A DNA stretch of 64,000 nt from a bacterium (GTDB lineage Bacteria > Armatimonadota > Chthonomonadetes > Chthonomonadales > JAMCWF01), in assembly GCA_021842405.1 (NCBI GenBank), contig JAKBZR010000003.1:6496-70495 (forward strand). The letters run 5' to 3'. The translations under genes were made by a program, and so were the position numbers. Shown piece by piece: positions 63,023-64,000 of the stretch; the first letter of the stretch is position 1, and every line of letters begins with the position of its first letter. The notes beneath the pieces were generated by a model. The model ran no database searches and was not told where the DNA came from. It saw only the letters and a list, made by a program, of their open reading frames with translations.

Positions 63023-64000
63023 ATGAGCAATGACAGATCCGCTTCCGCCGGCGAGGGTGCCTCCGTCTCTGTTTCGAACGGTCGTTATAAATGGGCGGTG
63101 GTTGGGATGCTGTGGCTCATCTGCTTCTTCAACTATGCCGATCGCCAAGCGATCTACTCAATCTATCCTCTGCTAAAAAAAGATCTTGGATTGTCCGATC
63201 CTGAGCTCGGATTGATAGCGGCGGTATTTACTTGGGTTTATGCGGTATCGGCGCCATGGGCCGGTCAGGTGGGCGATAATATCGTACGAAAGGCGGTCAT
63301 TATCGGCGGTCTCTGGATATGGAGCGCCATCTCAGGTTTGACATCGCTCGCCACCAATTACTGGCAATTACTGATAATTCGCGGCTCAGAGGGACTCGGT
63401 GAAACCTTCTATTTTCCGGCCTCGATGTCGCTCATCAGCGACTATCATGCCAAGCCCACCCGATCACGGGCAATGGGTATTCACCAGACCAGCGTTTACG
63501 TCGGGACTGTCGGCGGCGGTGCGCTGGCTGGCTGGATGGGAGAACGTTACGGATGGCAGTCGCCCTTTATTTTGCTGGCCGCCTGCGGCATCATACTTGG
63601 TTTCATTCTAACCCGCTGGATCAAAGAGCCGCTGCGCGGCGCGGCGGAACGATTTGAGATCCCCGGCAATGCGGATATAGGAGCGCCCAAGCCGATGCCG
63701 ATCTGTCGGTTTTTACGCGAGCTGATGCTCACGCCCACCGCAGTTTTGCTGCTGCTTGGGTTTTTTGGCGCGAATTTCGTTGCGCTCGTTTTTCTGACAT
63801 GGTTCCCCACATTCCTTAATGAGAAATTTCATTTGACACTGGCCCTCTCCGGCATTACTGCCACCATCTACATACAGTTCGCCAGCTTGATTGGCGCCGC
63901 TGTCGGTGGAGTGTTGGCGGACCGCTGGCGGCAGCGCCGCGCTAGTGGTCGTATTGGGGTGCAGGCAGTCGGTCTTTTTCTTGGCGCGCCGTTCATCTTT
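63023..64000 (+). CDS. MFS transporter, 3'-truncated by the window edge
   Basis: ATG 63023 follows GGAGAA. The frame stays open to the end of the window. The sequence WLICFFNYADRQAIYSIYPLLKKDLGLS...GDNIVRKAVIIGG...IRGSEGLGETFYFPA is typical of MFS helices 1-4 and the loop 2-3 motif. This ORF is absent from the ORF track because it has no stop. Confidence 0.8.
   Translation, partial: MSNDRSASAGEGASVSVSNGRYKWAVVGMLWLICFFNYADRQAIYSIYPLLKKDLGLSDPELGLIAAVFTWVYAVSAPWAGQVGDNIVRKAVIIGGLWIWSAISGLTSLATNYWQLLIIRGSEGLGETFYFPASMSLISDYHAKPTRSRAMGIHQTSVYVGTVGGGALAGWMGERYGWQSPFILLAACGIILGFILTRWIKEPLRGAAERFEIPGNADIGAPKPMPICRFLRELMLTPTAVLLLLGFFGANFVALVFLTWFPTFLNEKFHLTLALSGITATIYIQFASLIGAAVGGVLADRWRQRRASGRIGVQAVGLFLGAPFIF

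Overview
This is a 64-kb chromosomal window at roughly 55-62% GC by eye. It appears to come from a diderm bacterium. My guess is an Armatimonadota- or PVC-like lineage, based on DUF1559/HX9DG prepilin-like proteins and several Tat-signal glycoside hydrolases, but this is unverified. I saw no rRNA, tRNA or CRISPR array. Housekeeping blocks (rpsA-coaE; rpoZ, dnaJ-prmA-rsmE; murB; gap-pgk) alternate with accessory content. The most unusual region is a co-directional locus of about 19.5 kb (2906-22460). It encodes a sedolisin (S53), a 1852-aa PD40-propeller/CarboxypepD_reg protein, a subtilase (S8), an unassigned 954-aa secreted protein, two paralogous alpha/beta-domain envelope proteins and an LptD/OstA-like beta-barrel. 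Three of these proteins have unrelated N-terminal domains but share a collinear C-terminal module of about 440-460 aa. The module ends in a FlgD-Ig-like domain and a conserved hydrophobic-Arg terminus, which looks like an undescribed sorting or anchoring module. Other notable items:
- A low-GC, translationally coupled ParA-like ATPase + AlbA_2/HATPase_c_4 gene pair (27531-29812).
- A family of MITE-like repeats with GAGTTCAGTTCTC-type inverted termini and GC-rich palindromic cores (four full and two partial copies, three of them clustered at 34541-35439).
- Two copies of a 'prepilin-like DUF1559 gene + tiny single-pass membrane protein + Tat glycoside hydrolase' arrangement.
- A clostripain-family (C11) lipoprotein whose catalytic Cys position reads Ser.
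- A truncated GT2 gene remnant next to repeat debris.
All family assignments come from motif recognition by eye and no searches were run.
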